Below, piece after piece: positions 19,695 through 30,500 of a stretch of DNA of 64,000 nucleotides (position 1 is the first letter of the stretch; every line of letters begins with the position of its first letter). This DNA is from Methanobacteriota archaeon (lineage in GTDB: Archaea > Thermoplasmatota > Poseidoniia > Poseidoniales > Thalassarchaeaceae), in the NCBI GenBank assembly GCA_011523185.1, contig WTHI01000135.1:8564-72563 (forward strand), written 5' to 3'. The notes below the pieces were generated by a model, which was not told where the DNA came from, ran no database searches, and saw nothing but the letters and a program-made list of their open reading frames with translations. Both the position numbers and the translations under genes were made by a program.

Positions 19695-21011
19695 TTAACC
19701 AAAGAGATTTCTTTCAGCCAATTCAGCAACCGTTTTTTCATGGCCTGAGAGAGTCATTACGTATACCACGGCTTGACTAACTTGCCTCTTTTTTAGTGCA
19801 TCAGCGATTGGAGTGTGCTCACTCATCTTTCGAGTCTTACCATCATCTCCGATAATTCGAATATCAACCGCATCCATTCTAGGCTCAGATAACAAGAGTT
19901 TGACGCTTGGAACATCTATTGCAACATATCCTGGTTCGAGGCCTGCTCTATGAGCTAGATCATCCTCAACTTCTCTTCTCTTCTTCGAACTATTGGCGAT
20001 TTCAACTAATCGTTCAATTTGTGATTCGGATAAATCGCCCTGTCTTCTACTAGTGGCAACCTTAAGCATCTGACGATATTTTAGTCGTCGCATCATATCT
20101 CTAGAGTAATCGCCCGCCTCGTAAAGTGCCTGCCAAATCTCAGCATCGACACTCCTCTGCATATCTTTTGGCTCCGGTAGCGAATCCTCTGAACGCTCCA
20201 CGGCTCTACTAAGCATAACTTCCGTAACTCTTGTTACTCGATGGAAATACACTGCACTATACATCAAACCTCTAGCTAGTAACATCCCTTCAAGAGAGGC
20301 AAGTCCTCCCTCTTCTACGGCTATGTCCCCTCCATGTCTTCTAAGACATGAAATCAATCGATGATGATCTACGATTCCGTGCTTAACTCCTGTAAAATGG
20401 GAATCCCGTAGTAGATAATCCATCTGATCGCAATCTACTGGGCCGTGAACCAAATGACCAAGGGTTTTGTCCTCAGTCACCAAGTCTTCCTTACCATCAG
20501 TCCAGGATAGTAGGGTTCTCTCGGAGCCCTTTGCATCCGGACCTCGGATTAAACTTGCAACATCTTCGGGTTCAATATTGTAAGATTCTAGAATATCAGG
20601 GATTCTTTTTCTATTTTCGATACTAGACTCTTCGCCTTCTCGTAAAACATCGTATTCACCAAGAATTATTCCTTCGGTAATTGACATGTGATCGAGTCCT
20701 CCCCTCTCATGCAAAATATGTTCTAGGGTGTGAGAATATGGCCCATGACCGACATCGTGTAACATGCCAGCAACTTGCACCAAGGTCTTTTCAGATTCGT
20801 CTAAGGACATTGCATCCGCCATCATCCCACCTACGTGTGAGACACCAAGCGAATGTTCGAAACGTGTATGGTGAGCTCCCGGAAATACAAGATGGGCAAG
20901 ACCCAATTGTTTGATGTGGCTTAGTTTGTTCATCTCTGGAGTAGAGAGCAATTCTTCTCTGACTCCATCAAGAGAAATTTGCCCATGTATCGAGTCGTTG
21001 ATGACCTTCAT
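19695..21011 (-). CDS. HD-domain metal-dependent phosphohydrolase (COG1078/SAMHD1-like dNTP triphosphohydrolase family)
   Basis: N-terminal pattern MKVINDSIHGQISL....LSHIKQLGLAHLVFPGAHHTRFEHSLGV with the H..HD metal ligands (LHDVGHGPYSH). 438 aa. Confidence 0.7.
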   Translation of the reverse strand: MKVINDSIHGQISLDGVREELLSTPEMNKLSHIKQLGLAHLVFPGAHHTRFEHSLGVSHVGGMMADAMSLDESEKTLVQVAGMLHDVGHGPYSHTLEHILHERGGLDHMSITEGIILGEYDVLREGEESSIENRKRIPDILESYNIEPEDVASLIRGPDAKGSERTLLSWTDGKEDLVTEDKTLGHLVHGPVDCDQMDYLLRDSHFTGVKHGIVDHHRLISCLRRHGGDIAVEEGGLASLEGMLLARGLMYSAVYFHRVTRVTEVMLSRAVERSEDSLPEPKDMQRSVDAEIWQALYEAGDYSRDMMRRLKYRQMLKVATSRRQGDLSESQIERLVEIANSSKKRREVEDDLAHRAGLEPGYVAIDVPSVKLLLSEPRMDAVDIRIIGDDGKTRKMSEHTPIADALKKRQVSQAVVYVMTLSGHEKTVAELAERNLFG

Positions 21012-21120
21012 GACACACCCTGCACGATTCCGAGATAACCACCCCCCTTCAACTGAACTGAGACGGATGGATGGTCCAAGACTGAGAGAATTAGAGAATA
21101 TTTGTGTAATTTTACGCTAA

Positions 21121-21141
21121 TTGTATTTCAATTGTATTACA
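21121..21141 (+). promoter_or_regulatory. Direct repeat TTGTATTtCA / TTGTATTaCA just upstream of a TTTAATA TATA-like box in the RHH-gene promoter region (candidate operator)
   Basis: Two 10-nt near-identical repeats spaced 11 nt apart in AT-rich DNA at -75 to -55 of the RHH start codon. A TATA-like tttaata lies at 21153-21159. Confidence 0.3.
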
Positions 21142-21196
21142 TTTGCAATACGTTTAATACCCTAAGGCTTTCTCACAGGCTTAGGAGGAAGGTGGA

Positions 21197-21562
21197 GTGG
21201 CAGGCCAAAGCCCCATGATTTCGTTAAGAATTCCAGAAGACTACTTGCTCGAACTTGAGCGCAGGGTTGGATTCGATGGGATGAGAAACAAGTCTGATGT
21301 TATTCGAGAAGCCATCAGGAGACACTTGGCAACACCTGCTTTTTCCTCCGGCACCCGTATCGAGGTAGAATTAGGACCTGATCTGAGTGTTCGCTTGGAC
21401 GACTTTTGTCGAATCCATGGAGAACAACCAGATGTCGTCCTAAGATATGCAGCGCGCGAACACATTGGCCGCTCCTCTACTGACGATGCAACAGTCGACG
21501 CGGTGCTAAGTAAGCGCCTGGAAGAGCTTCGTGCTCGATTTGACGATTCGACTGAACAATGA
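21197..21562 (+). CDS. Ribbon-helix-helix (CopG/Arc-like) DNA-binding protein with C-terminal extension
   Basis: N-terminal ISLRIPEDYLLELERRV...KSDVIREAIRRHL is a classic RHH beta-alpha-alpha motif. Confidence 0.5.
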   Translation: MAGQSPMISLRIPEDYLLELERRVGFDGMRNKSDVIREAIRRHLATPAFSSGTRIEVELGPDLSVRLDDFCRIHGEQPDVVLRYAAREHIGRSSTDDATVDAVLSKRLEELRARFDDSTEQ

Positions 21563-21599
21563 GGTGAGAGACATGGGTGAGAATGGGATGCACTCAAAC

Positions 21600-21840
21600 T
21601 CCGCGGGGGGGCGACAAAGTCGCCCCTCCGCACACACTTCTACTCGAGCAATGCTTACTGTAGGATTCAATGGTCTTCGAAAGAGGGCAAAATTATCCAA
21701 CGCAGTGGGTTACTCGCCCTCTGATGCCCCTCGACACGAGCGGCCTGACCTTTCAACACGTAGCAGACATCACGATCTAGAGAATCGTGAAAATTGAAAC
21801 TCAACACACACCGTCCCGCCCGATTCGGGCGGGGCACACC
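21600..21840. other. Long noncoding spacer with multiple stable GC-rich hairpins (candidate structured RNA or regulatory leader)
   Basis: Hairpins ggggcgac-aaa-gtcgcccc (21608-21626), agagggc...gccctct (21681-21722), cacgat-ctagaga-atcgtg (21771-21789) and cccgcccg-att-cgggcggg (21815-21833). The overlapping ORFs are low complexity (Arg/Ser-rich). Confidence 0.25.
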
Positions 21841-21987
21841 TAATTCCCTCGATTCAACAGGCTGAGCCATTCTTGGTAAACAGGTTTAATCTTCATATTG
21901 CACCAAATCGTTTGCTTCTGATTTAGTTCAAATTACACCCAACAGAAAGCCAATCTTCTTGGGCGGTCTATCAGCAGGTAGGAAACC

Positions 21988-24006
21988 ATGACCGCGAAAG
22001 TAGTCGATTCGTCGGCAAGGTACTTCGCTCACTCCGAAGTTAGAGAATCTCAGTCGGACATGATTACCGATGGGATTGAGGCACTATTGTGTGAGGGGAC
22101 TTTGCTGGCTTCGGCCCCCACTGGAATAGGGAAAACCGCTGCCTCATTAGCCAGTGCGATTAACGTAGTGAGATCTTCCTCAGACAATCTGAAAATATTA
22201 TTCCTAACAGGCCGTCAATCGCAGCATAGGATAGTTGTAGACACTGTTCAGAAAATTAACCAGAAACTTGGCACAACCGAGCCTTCGATTAGATTGGTAG
22301 ATCTAATCGGTCGCGAAGGTATGTGTCGCAATGTCGATAGAATGAGTGGTAAATGCGACTGCGAAGATGATTTGGACGGCTCGATGAGAGATGAATTGAG
22401 AGCTGATATGCAAGCGAACATTCTGCGAAGGCCTACTCACGTTGATGATTTAATTCAGAATAGTAGACGAGTTAATCTATGCCCTTGGGCAACAGCTAGA
22501 GAGGCCGTGAAGAATTGTGACATATTGGTTTGTGATTACAATCACGTTTTCATAGATAGTGTTAGAGAGGCATCGTTGGCGTCTATGGGAATAGATATTG
22601 AAAATACCATTCTAATTGTTGATGAGGCACATAACTTACCAGATAGAGTTCGTAATGGTATGGAACGTCGAATAATCTCCAACACCTTTCGAGATGCACG
22701 ATTTGAGGTACAAGAACACTTAGAAACAGCCATTGAATTGGCGGCGTCAAAAGGAGAAGATGTAGAATTAGACGAAATGGAATGGGCTGAAAGGTCACTA
22801 AAACGGCTTCAGTCTCAGATGCCAACTTGGTTCTCTGCAAGGGAAAAAGAATTAGCTCGATCAGATGAGGAAGATATGCAAATAGAGACTAGGAATCTAC
22901 TAGAAGAGATGGATACTATCCTAAACGAAACACTCGAAGAAAGCCCCAAGGGAAGATTCTCTAGCCTTCATAGACTAGTTTCACAACTATACTCAGTTCG
23001 TGTAGATTTAGAAAATGAGGACGATGATGAAAGAGAAACCAGTAGTGAAAGGTTGGCTGCTTTCATCACCACCTGTGGGCAATATGAAGACTCTTCAGCC
23101 CTTGTATTGGTTTTTGACAAATTGCTTGATGAGCCAAGAGTGAGATCATTTCTGCTTGACCCAGGTGTAGTTTCCGGGCCTCTTTTCGCTTCTTGCCGTG
23201 GTTCTATACTAATGTCAGGAACATTGTTTCCGGCTGAAATGTATAGAGATTTATTGCGGCTACCAGAAACTGAAGAAAGGAAGGTTTTCGCTAAGGATTA
23301 TGATTCACCATTCCTGTCGGAAAGAAGGCCGGTTTTAGTTGCCCAAAATACCACTTCAAGATATACCGAACGTGGAGAAACCAATACTAACAATATTCGT
23401 GACCATGTGATAGAGGTTTTACGAAATACGCCGGGACATGTTGCGTTATTTGCGCAAAGTTATGCAATGTTGGATATGGTATTGGACGATTACCGCTGGA
23501 TTCCTTGGGGCATCCAGATAGAGAAGGAGAATTCCCGAATGAGTAAGCGGCAAGTCGGGGAAATGGTTGAGAATCTATATCGTAAACGTAGAACTAATGA
23601 CAGAATCATGCTTTGTGGAGTGCTTTCAGGTAAATTGGCAGAAGGTGTTGATTACCCTGAAAATATCCTAGATGCAGTAATTTGTATTGGACTCCCTGTG
23701 CCTCCGCCAAGTGCAAGACAGAAAGCATTGACAGACTATTGTCAAGATAAATTCGGAATTAACGCTGCAAGAAGATACTCTAGCCATCAACCAGCGGTAA
23801 ACAGTGTACTACAAGCGATTGGGCGACCAATACGGAAAGGCGAGGATAGAGCGCTTGTAGTAATCCTAGAAAAACGAATTCGTGAAAAACCATACAGATT
23901 TTGTATCCCTACCAACCTAATGGTGATGAGAAGCCAAGACGCCGAGAGAACTGGTCGTCTTGCCAAGAGGTTTTTCCAACGCTTTCCTGAACCGGCTATT
24001 GAGTGA
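21988..24006 (+). CDS. xpd: XPD/Rad3-family 5'-3' DNA helicase with FeS-cluster domain
   Basis: Walker A APTGIGKT. Four Cys (GMCRN, CDCED, LCPW) in the FeS insertion. DEAH-type IVDEAHNLPD. C-terminal helicase motifs GKLAEGVDYP and QAIGRPIRKGEDRALVVILEKR. Confidence 0.8.
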   Translation: MTAKVVDSSARYFAHSEVRESQSDMITDGIEALLCEGTLLASAPTGIGKTAASLASAINVVRSSSDNLKILFLTGRQSQHRIVVDTVQKINQKLGTTEPSIRLVDLIGREGMCRNVDRMSGKCDCEDDLDGSMRDELRADMQANILRRPTHVDDLIQNSRRVNLCPWATAREAVKNCDILVCDYNHVFIDSVREASLASMGIDIENTILIVDEAHNLPDRVRNGMERRIISNTFRDARFEVQEHLETAIELAASKGEDVELDEMEWAERSLKRLQSQMPTWFSAREKELARSDEEDMQIETRNLLEEMDTILNETLEESPKGRFSSLHRLVSQLYSVRVDLENEDDDERETSSERLAAFITTCGQYEDSSALVLVFDKLLDEPRVRSFLLDPGVVSGPLFASCRGSILMSGTLFPAEMYRDLLRLPETEERKVFAKDYDSPFLSERRPVLVAQNTTSRYTERGETNTNNIRDHVIEVLRNTPGHVALFAQSYAMLDMVLDDYRWIPWGIQIEKENSRMSKRQVGEMVENLYRKRRTNDRIMLCGVLSGKLAEGVDYPENILDAVICIGLPVPPPSARQKALTDYCQDKFGINAARRYSSHQPAVNSVLQAIGRPIRKGEDRALVVILEKRIREKPYRFCIPTNLMVMRSQDAERTGRLAKRFFQRFPEPAIE

Positions 24007-24052
24007 GATTCAGTCAATGGATTCATCAAAGTCGGATTCTTCGCGAGGTTGA

Positions 24053-24520
24053 GTGACTATGTGGCGGAAGGTCGAAGTTGGAGGTTACGAGAACCTTGGG
24101 GAAGAACTAGATGACAATCTGGATAGAGGATTGGATATAGACGCTGAAACCATGCATCAACGGTTTTTGGCAGACCTTCCACATCTTGAATCGGCAAAAA
24201 ATAATCATAACGAGGTATTGACACAGATTTCTAGTAGAATAGATGAGTCAAAGACACATTCTAGGTCATTTGATTCACATAGTGTTGCCTTTGATGAATT
24301 AGATAGAGAGGCGGCAAAAGCGGGATTTGACATCCATTTAGATATGGACACTCTAACTGAACTTTCGGTAACTACGTCAATAGACGATGGCAAAAGATTA
24401 GTCCGAGTGATTGCTCCTGAACGCTTCGGAGGGATGATTCGCACTCTTTCAATTCCAGCGTCAATGGATGTTGAGTCGGCAATTATCTCAGATGGAGTTC
24501 TTCATCTGAATTTTGATTGA
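24053..24520 (+). CDS. Small heat-shock protein-like (Hsp20/alpha-crystallin domain at C-terminus)
   Basis: The C-terminal segment FDIHLDMDTLTELSV...RLVRVIAPERFGGMIRTLSIPASMDVESAIISDGVLHLNF fits the ACD pattern (..f.R...LP..vd...i.A...nGVL.i). The N-terminal half is atypically acidic. Confidence 0.45.
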   Translation: MTMWRKVEVGGYENLGEELDDNLDRGLDIDAETMHQRFLADLPHLESAKNNHNEVLTQISSRIDESKTHSRSFDSHSVAFDELDREAAKAGFDIHLDMDTLTELSVTTSIDDGKRLVRVIAPERFGGMIRTLSIPASMDVESAIISDGVLHLNFD

Positions 24521-27500
24521 TCAGGCGATTGCTTCACTAAGATCGAATGAATCTCTCTCTGGTACGTCTTGTAATTCATCAATTTCTTGCAATACCATCG
24601 TTAGTGCATGCTGAGCGTTTTGTCTATGACCATCTCCCAACTTGTGAGATGAATATCTGGCCTCCTCGAAAATTCGGTCTAATGCCACAAGAGCTTCTTC
24701 ACTAATCGGTAGGGCTTTTCTAATTGCCATTTCAAATTCCCTTACAGTTTCAAAGTCTCGGCGAAGGAATCCATTTCTCATCAGTATATTGCATAGGCTC
24801 TCATAACAACCGAATATAGCCTCTCGGATTTCGTCTCCAGCGGCCAGTAACTCTGCTGTATAACTGAAAATTCCAGCCATTTCATCAATAGCTGCTAAAC
24901 GGCGTTTTCTGAGAGACAAACCTAATCCAACTAGAGTCCCTAAAATCAAGATTATTCCAATTATAGCGATAATCTGCCAGAATGTGAAGAGAGGCGCTGG
25001 ATCTTCGTAAGTCATCTCGATACCGGAATAATCATTGTTCAACCACAATCGATCATTTGGACTGATTAATTGAGAATCTGTTTGGAATATTAGGGATAAT
25101 TCACCCCATTTATTCTTGTCATAAAATGCTGGTTGGTTTTGTATCGTGAAATCATAATCCATTATGCCATTTGAGTCGGTGAGTTTGACATTTTGGAAAT
25201 GTATCACAGATTTATTGACCAATCTAGCGACAATGGAGATACCCTCAACGGGAAGGCCCGTATCATTAGCAACAACTGTTACAGTACCATTTATTCTCCT
25301 CTGGTTTTCCTTGATATGATGGCTATCCGGTGTAAATGTAAATGTCACAGGAACTCGGATGTTGACTATATGTTCAATATCTACACCGTTCAGGAATCTA
25401 TCAGCATCAGGGAGTGCAGATATTGTGAGCGATAACTCTCCAGGAGGCATCGTTGAGCGAGCTGGAGAGATTAGTTCGAAGTGTCCTGTGGATTCATCCC
25501 AAACTAGGATTGAAGGTTCCGCCAAACCGTTCCAAAGTAAGACCACTTCCATACCCTCAATGACGTTGCTTTCCCCACCAACTTCGACAATCCTTCCAAC
25601 CAGTTTAATTTCCTTTGATTCGTCTGAACGAATTATCAGATCGGTTTCCCAAAGAACTTCAATCTGGATATCTGCCTTAGCATAGACCGTCATGTTATAC
25701 TCAACTGGAAGGTAGAATGTTTGGCCCTCAAAGGTGAATCTAATATCATGCCCACCTCTTGCAATTAGGTAGCCAATTGAATAGTCGAATTCGAAAACTC
25801 CATCATTGCCAGTAGTAATTCGGTTGATTTCTACACCATCAAGTGAGATTATAATTTCTCGACCCGAAAGACCTGGCGCCCCTGCGGTATCTGAGTCAAA
25901 TAGTCGTCCTGTGAAGTTCCATTGTTCTCCTCTAGTAACTGACACATCATCCACCTGCAGATTAATCGCAGTGTGGTAAGCAATCGTTAGATTGGCATCT
26001 ACGCTTCCCGGTCTGTAGTAGCCTTGTGCAGGTGCGGTCACAGTTATTGTATGGAAGCCGATGTCCAAGAAGTCTGAAACCACCCAATTGAAAGACCAAT
26101 CTCCATTTTCACGGCTTGTCGTGATGCCCACTAAAGTTCCGTCAATGAAAATCTCAAGTGAATGATTTGCCAACCCTCCATCTGGAAGATTATCCCTAAC
26201 CGTTCCCGTTAATCTCATTTCATCCCCTACGGCATAAGCACTTGGAGGATCTATCGAAATGATGGTTGGTGCGTATACTGTGAATACTGTGGTTGAATTA
26301 GAAGATAGTATGAACTCTTCACCTTGGAAAATTATCTTCACCAAGCGAGGCCCTAGGGGCATATCTGGAGGGATTGGTAGATATACGCTGAATGTACCAT
26401 TTTCCTCTACTTGTAGGCCGGTTAAGAATTGGTCATTCATAGTGACTTCTAGATATCTATCTCCGAGTGTACGACCAGCTCCATCAGTAAGCATTCCTTC
26501 GATCAGGAGTAGTTGGTTCCTATCCACCTCGCCAGGAGGAGTCGTTAGAACGACTTGAGATGTTTGTGTGACATTGAATCCGACTGTAGTGGCAGAAGGC
26601 AAGTAATATTCAGGATTCAAGGAATCTCCTTGACCCATTGGGTCAACCCAAGTAAATCCTCCAAGGAATTTCGCTGTAACTGTATGAGCACCGTAATCCA
26701 TGTCTAATGGTAAATCATAGGTGACTCTCCATTGCCCCGTGGAAGCATTAGAAACTGTTGTGTAGGCTGAACCAACATCAATTCCATCAATCCAAATATG
26801 GATTACTCCACCTGAAATTAGACCGTTATCCGTCAATAATTGACCATGTTCATCTAGAAGTGTGCCAGTGAAGGTAATGTTTTCTCCAGCGATCATAGAT
26901 CCAGTTAATTCTGTGAATTCGATTACGGTTGGTGCCAGAACAATTACTCGAGACCAGGTGGAGTCTCCAATCAATCCTGTAGTTCCATTTATTCCAGAGA
27001 ATTCTGCTGAAATTAACATAGAGCCTTGGGTTCTTTGTGAGTCTACTGGAATAATCAACGTCGCTCGACCAGTTGAGTCAGTTGTTACAGATTGAATGAA
27101 TGAACCATCAACTAGGATGTCTATCTCTGCATTTTCGACCAATTGGCCAGCATTATCTATGATTGAAAGATTAACACTAACATCATCGCCTCTAACAACT
27201 CTTCTATCTGGATCTAGGTCAGCGGGATCTAGGATTGAGATTAGGGAGTAACCTCTACTGTCAAAAGTACCTGTATCACTACTAGAACCGTAATAATTGA
27301 CGGTTGGAGTGTAGCTTGCTGTGATATTATGAGTGCCTCTAGGGAAGGATAGACCGAGGGTAATTACTGCACTCCAAGTACCATTTGGATTAACCACACC
27401 ACCCGTGGCTTGGAATCCAGAATCCGTCCCATCGATTGAGAATGTTAGTGACGAAGGTAGGGCTGCCCCTGTTCTATCCATTATTCCAGTACCATTGCTG

Positions 27501-30500
27501 GAAAGTAAAGTTCCACTAACATTGAAAGATTCGCCGGCAACTGGGTTATCGGTTACTGTTGAAATTGTAAGATTAGTAGGTGAACGAACGAAAATTTGGT
27601 TCATTACAGTAGTTGTAGAGTGTAGAGTTGATGAGCCATTGAAATATAGTGTAATTCCAATTAATCCAAGTGGATGAGAATGTGGAACATCGAATGTGAA
27701 ATTTACTAATCCTTGACCATTAGTTACTCCTTCAGTCAACCATGTATCGTGGAACTTAGCCGCAACCTGCATATCTCCAACTGGAAGGTCATTATCCGAA
27801 AATTCAGTCAATCGAGCACCGAAGGTAATCGATGTGCCCCGATCAACAACCGTCTGGATTATTGGTGTCCTATCTGTGAATCGAGTGACACCCTTTACGA
27901 GAATTGAGGCATTACCCGTACCTGTAAGATAGAATGGAGAACTTCCTTCAATCACGCTCACGACTACAGTCTTCGTGCCACTTGAAACTCCATCTCCGAA
28001 TGGGTCTGTTGGAACTGATACAGAGAACGAACCATTGTTTGTTGTTGTATGACTGGAGACTAAAGTTTCACTTGAATCATTTAGGAAGAAGACTTCTACG
28101 GCCATTGGTCCACTAACACTTCTATTTCCATCGAATCCATCCAAAACTTGTCCAGAAAGTGTAAATGATTGGCCTGCAGTAACTTCTTGAGGTATTGAGG
28201 TAATTTCGACTTGGCTGTCCACCTGCACTGTTAAATTCGCAAATGTATCATTACCAATCCAGCGCCCTGGATCGGCGTCTGTTAGATTATCTGTTAAATC
28301 GTCAGCGGCATGTACTCTAAGGTCATAGAACCCTGGAGTAGTGTCTTCTAGAATAGTAGGGTTAAATCTCGCAACACCATCGACATCTGTTGTAGTTGAG
28401 TCAATAATTACCTGATTAGGGCCACCCCAATCAAAGTACAGGTCGACATCTACATCAGACAGCACAGTCTCATCTGCGATATCTGTAATTGTGGCATTTA
28501 CAATAAGAGTGGTGCCAGCAATGACGATGATTGATTGAGGTTCAGCATCCACTACGAACTCACTTTGAAGACCAGCCAGAACTCTTGTTTGGGTAATTGT
28601 AGTGTAAAACGGCCCTCGAACCTCAGCGGTTGTGGAGAAGTCTAACACAAATCGAAGGAAATAGGCGCCAGATCGAACATCACCCGGCATGGTGAATGAA
28701 TAATTGTAAAATCCTGTGGTTTCATTTATCCAACCATTGGTAAGCGGCACTATTACTGGAGGCGCAGGGCTCCCATCTGGTCCTGGAGGGAGTTCAGAAG
28801 GAATCTCCATTTGGACAACAATAGAAGAGTTGTTACCCGTGATTGGTGTTAGATGGAAAGTATCCTGCGCAAAGCCTGAGACCCAGGTAACGGCGCCCCT
28901 ATCAGTCCACTCTGAACCCAAGGTCACAGTAACATTCGCCCTTCCTTGTATCCTGATTGTATCAGAAACAGAAGTTGATCTGAGCCAAGTAGACCCAGTA
29001 TAGTTCAGCCCCCATTCATAGTCCCCTGCAAACATGTCCGCATTCGGGATCCAAACCACGTTGAAATTTCCCGAATCGGGATCAGTAATGTTGAACACCT
29101 CGGTGCCATTAAAATCGACGGCATATGTTCCCGGGAAATCAGCGACCGAAGTCCCGGTATGGTCTGACAACTGTACAGCAACCGAGGCTTCAAGACCTCG
29201 CTCAGTTGGATTTAGAGTATATTCAAATTCTACATATGACCTGATTCCAAAACTAGACGCAAATGACTCCTCATCAGAGGCGAATAAGTCATCTGCAGTG
29301 TAGATGAATTTCACATCCACAAGGCCCGCTGGTATGGGTACTGAGGACTCATTGAAGTCCCATTGGATTGCAAATTGCCCGGGAGACGTTGTCCAATTAC
29401 TGGAGTTCAATGCCCAGGTCGCGAGATCTGTGTAGGGACCGTTTGTTCCCGCCCTGCGCATCTGGAAAATAAGTGTGCCATTCAATGGGTCAGGAGAGGG
29501 TCCTCTACTAACTGCAGTACCATTTATGAAAATCAACTGATTGATATCAAGGATAGAGGAATTCGAGTCACTTCCTTCTAGGGATATGGATAGGTCTGGA
29601 GAAGGTGTGATGTTGAAGTTGAAATCTAGAGTTTTAGGTCTCAAATGATATTCTGGAATACTGGCATTATTCAAATCGCTCTGATGCCATCCCAGGAATG
29701 CCAAACTGGCATTGATCAATCCAAGAGGTTCGTCATCAGAAATAGGCACTCTAAATTCGAAGTATCCGCCAGCACCCAAATCTGAGATTAGATTGACGTC
29801 TCCGTCTTCTACAGTCGTATAGTTGAGTAATACCTGAAGGCTATCTAGAAATGCCGGATCGGTCTGAGGTAAATTTGCAAGTGCCATGTTACCGGTGACG
29901 CTTGTATTTACACCAACGCCTAGCATAGGTTGGTCTATTGGTATCGGATTAGTAATCGCCAAATTTACATCATCTGTTATGTTAATCACCCATGGGAATG
30001 TTACAGCTTGTACTCCAACATACCCTTTAGATTGAGTTAAGACAACTAAGGAACCATATCCTGGAATTATCATTTCGGAAGGTGAACCATTGAATGAAAA
30101 GAAACCCTCTGAATCGGTGACGGCAGTCCCAATCAGTCGGGTTGCCAATGCAGCGCTACCGGGAACATTTGCTGTCTCATTATCTGGTGTCAAGTAAAGT
30201 TCTAGTGTAATTCCCTCAACACTTGAAGAGTTACTGATAAATTGCAGTGTGCCGTTAAGAGTAATATTACCCGAAGAGTAGTCTCTCTCCAATGTATCAG
30301 GTGAATATGTCTCGTCCACTACCTCGACGACTGAGGCATCAGGACACGCTTCGAATGGAATCCAACCAAGGTCTAGTTCACCTTGATTTGCATTTGTCTG
30401 AAGGTGGACCTCAACCCACCATGAGAAATCATTACCATAAACTTCGAATCCATTGTCAACCCAAGTTCCGCCAGAAAAACCCGTAACTTTTCTGGTAGCT

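Noticed and set aside
19695-24520. HD hydrolase + RHH + XPD helicase + Hsp20-like as a defence island
   Set aside because: Each gene matches a widespread archaeal housekeeping family: COG1078 dNTPase, NER-type XPD with a full FeS domain, and small HSP. Orientations are mixed with long spacers. No nuclease or sensor partner typical of defence systems was seen.
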